From positions 1,216,001 to 1,280,000 of the forward strand of contig OZ219871.1 in assembly GCA_964291495.2 (NCBI GenBank): 64,000 bases of DNA. Reading direction: 5' to 3'. Within the stretch, counting starts at the first letter, position 1; the number at the start of each line of letters is the position of its first letter. A program made the translations under genes and the position numbers. The notes beneath the pieces were generated by a model. That model saw nothing but the letters and a program-made list of their open reading frames with translations. It did no database searches and was not told where the DNA came from. Origin of the DNA: Dehalococcoidia bacterium. Lineage in GTDB: Bacteria; Chloroflexota; Dehalococcoidia; UBA2979. This document shows positions 63,791 through 64,000 of the stretch, in pieces.

Positions 63791-64000
63791 TCGGCCTCGC
63801 CGACCCGCTGGCGCTGCTCTGGCTGGCGATCCTGCTGCCGGTGCTGTTCGCGGCCTCGTACGCGGCGCGCCGACGCCGCGAGGCGGACGACGCCTTTGGC
63901 GGCGCCGCGGCGCTGCGCCGCGGCAGGACCGAGTGGCGTCGGCCGCTGCAGGAGCTGCTGCTGCTCGGCGCGATCGTGCTCGTCGTGATCGCCGTCGCGC
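63787..64000 (+). CDS. VWA/BatB-like protein, partial (runs off window)
   Basis: GTGA overlap; IGLADPLALLWLAILLP...IAVA N-terminal BatA-like TM pattern. Confidence 0.65.
   Translation, partial: MIGLADPLALLWLAILLPVLFAASYAARRRREADDAFGGAAALRRGRTEWRRPLQELLLLGAIVLVVIAVA

Overview
Very GC-rich bacterial chromosome segment. Its gene content suggests Chloroflexota, class Dehalococcoidia (inference): four luciferase-like monooxygenase paralogs, crotonases, a CoA-transferase, a GAAC-N4-GTTC SOS box, HspR with a HAIR-like site, and tRNA-Arg(UCG). Housekeeping genes are ruvB, rimI, a clpC/clpB-like ATPase, dnaJ/cbpA, hspR, hsp20, sodC, secA, prs and dnaE. Other content includes a pstSCAB-phoU/CYTH-CHAD/sixA/ppx phosphate cluster, three small toxin-antitoxin-like pairs, a MoxR/DUF58/VWA operon and five copies of a BoxC/REP-like repeat. 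The most striking element is a 4.4-kb, five-gene minus-strand cassette (35523-39906) between ruvB and rimI. It encodes a scaffold, a phage-type major capsid protein, a neck/adaptor protein, a propeller+baseplate-hub-like protein and a tiny spike-like protein. No terminase, portal, tail tube, tape measure, integrase or lysis gene lies nearby, so it is a candidate domesticated, minimal phage-derived (GTA-like) particle. Also notable are a translationally coupled AKR-ChdC/HemQ-4xABM-AhbAB-like haem operon and a CLC protein with the gating glutamate replaced (GRQGP). All family assignments come from motif recognition by eye; no database searches were run.
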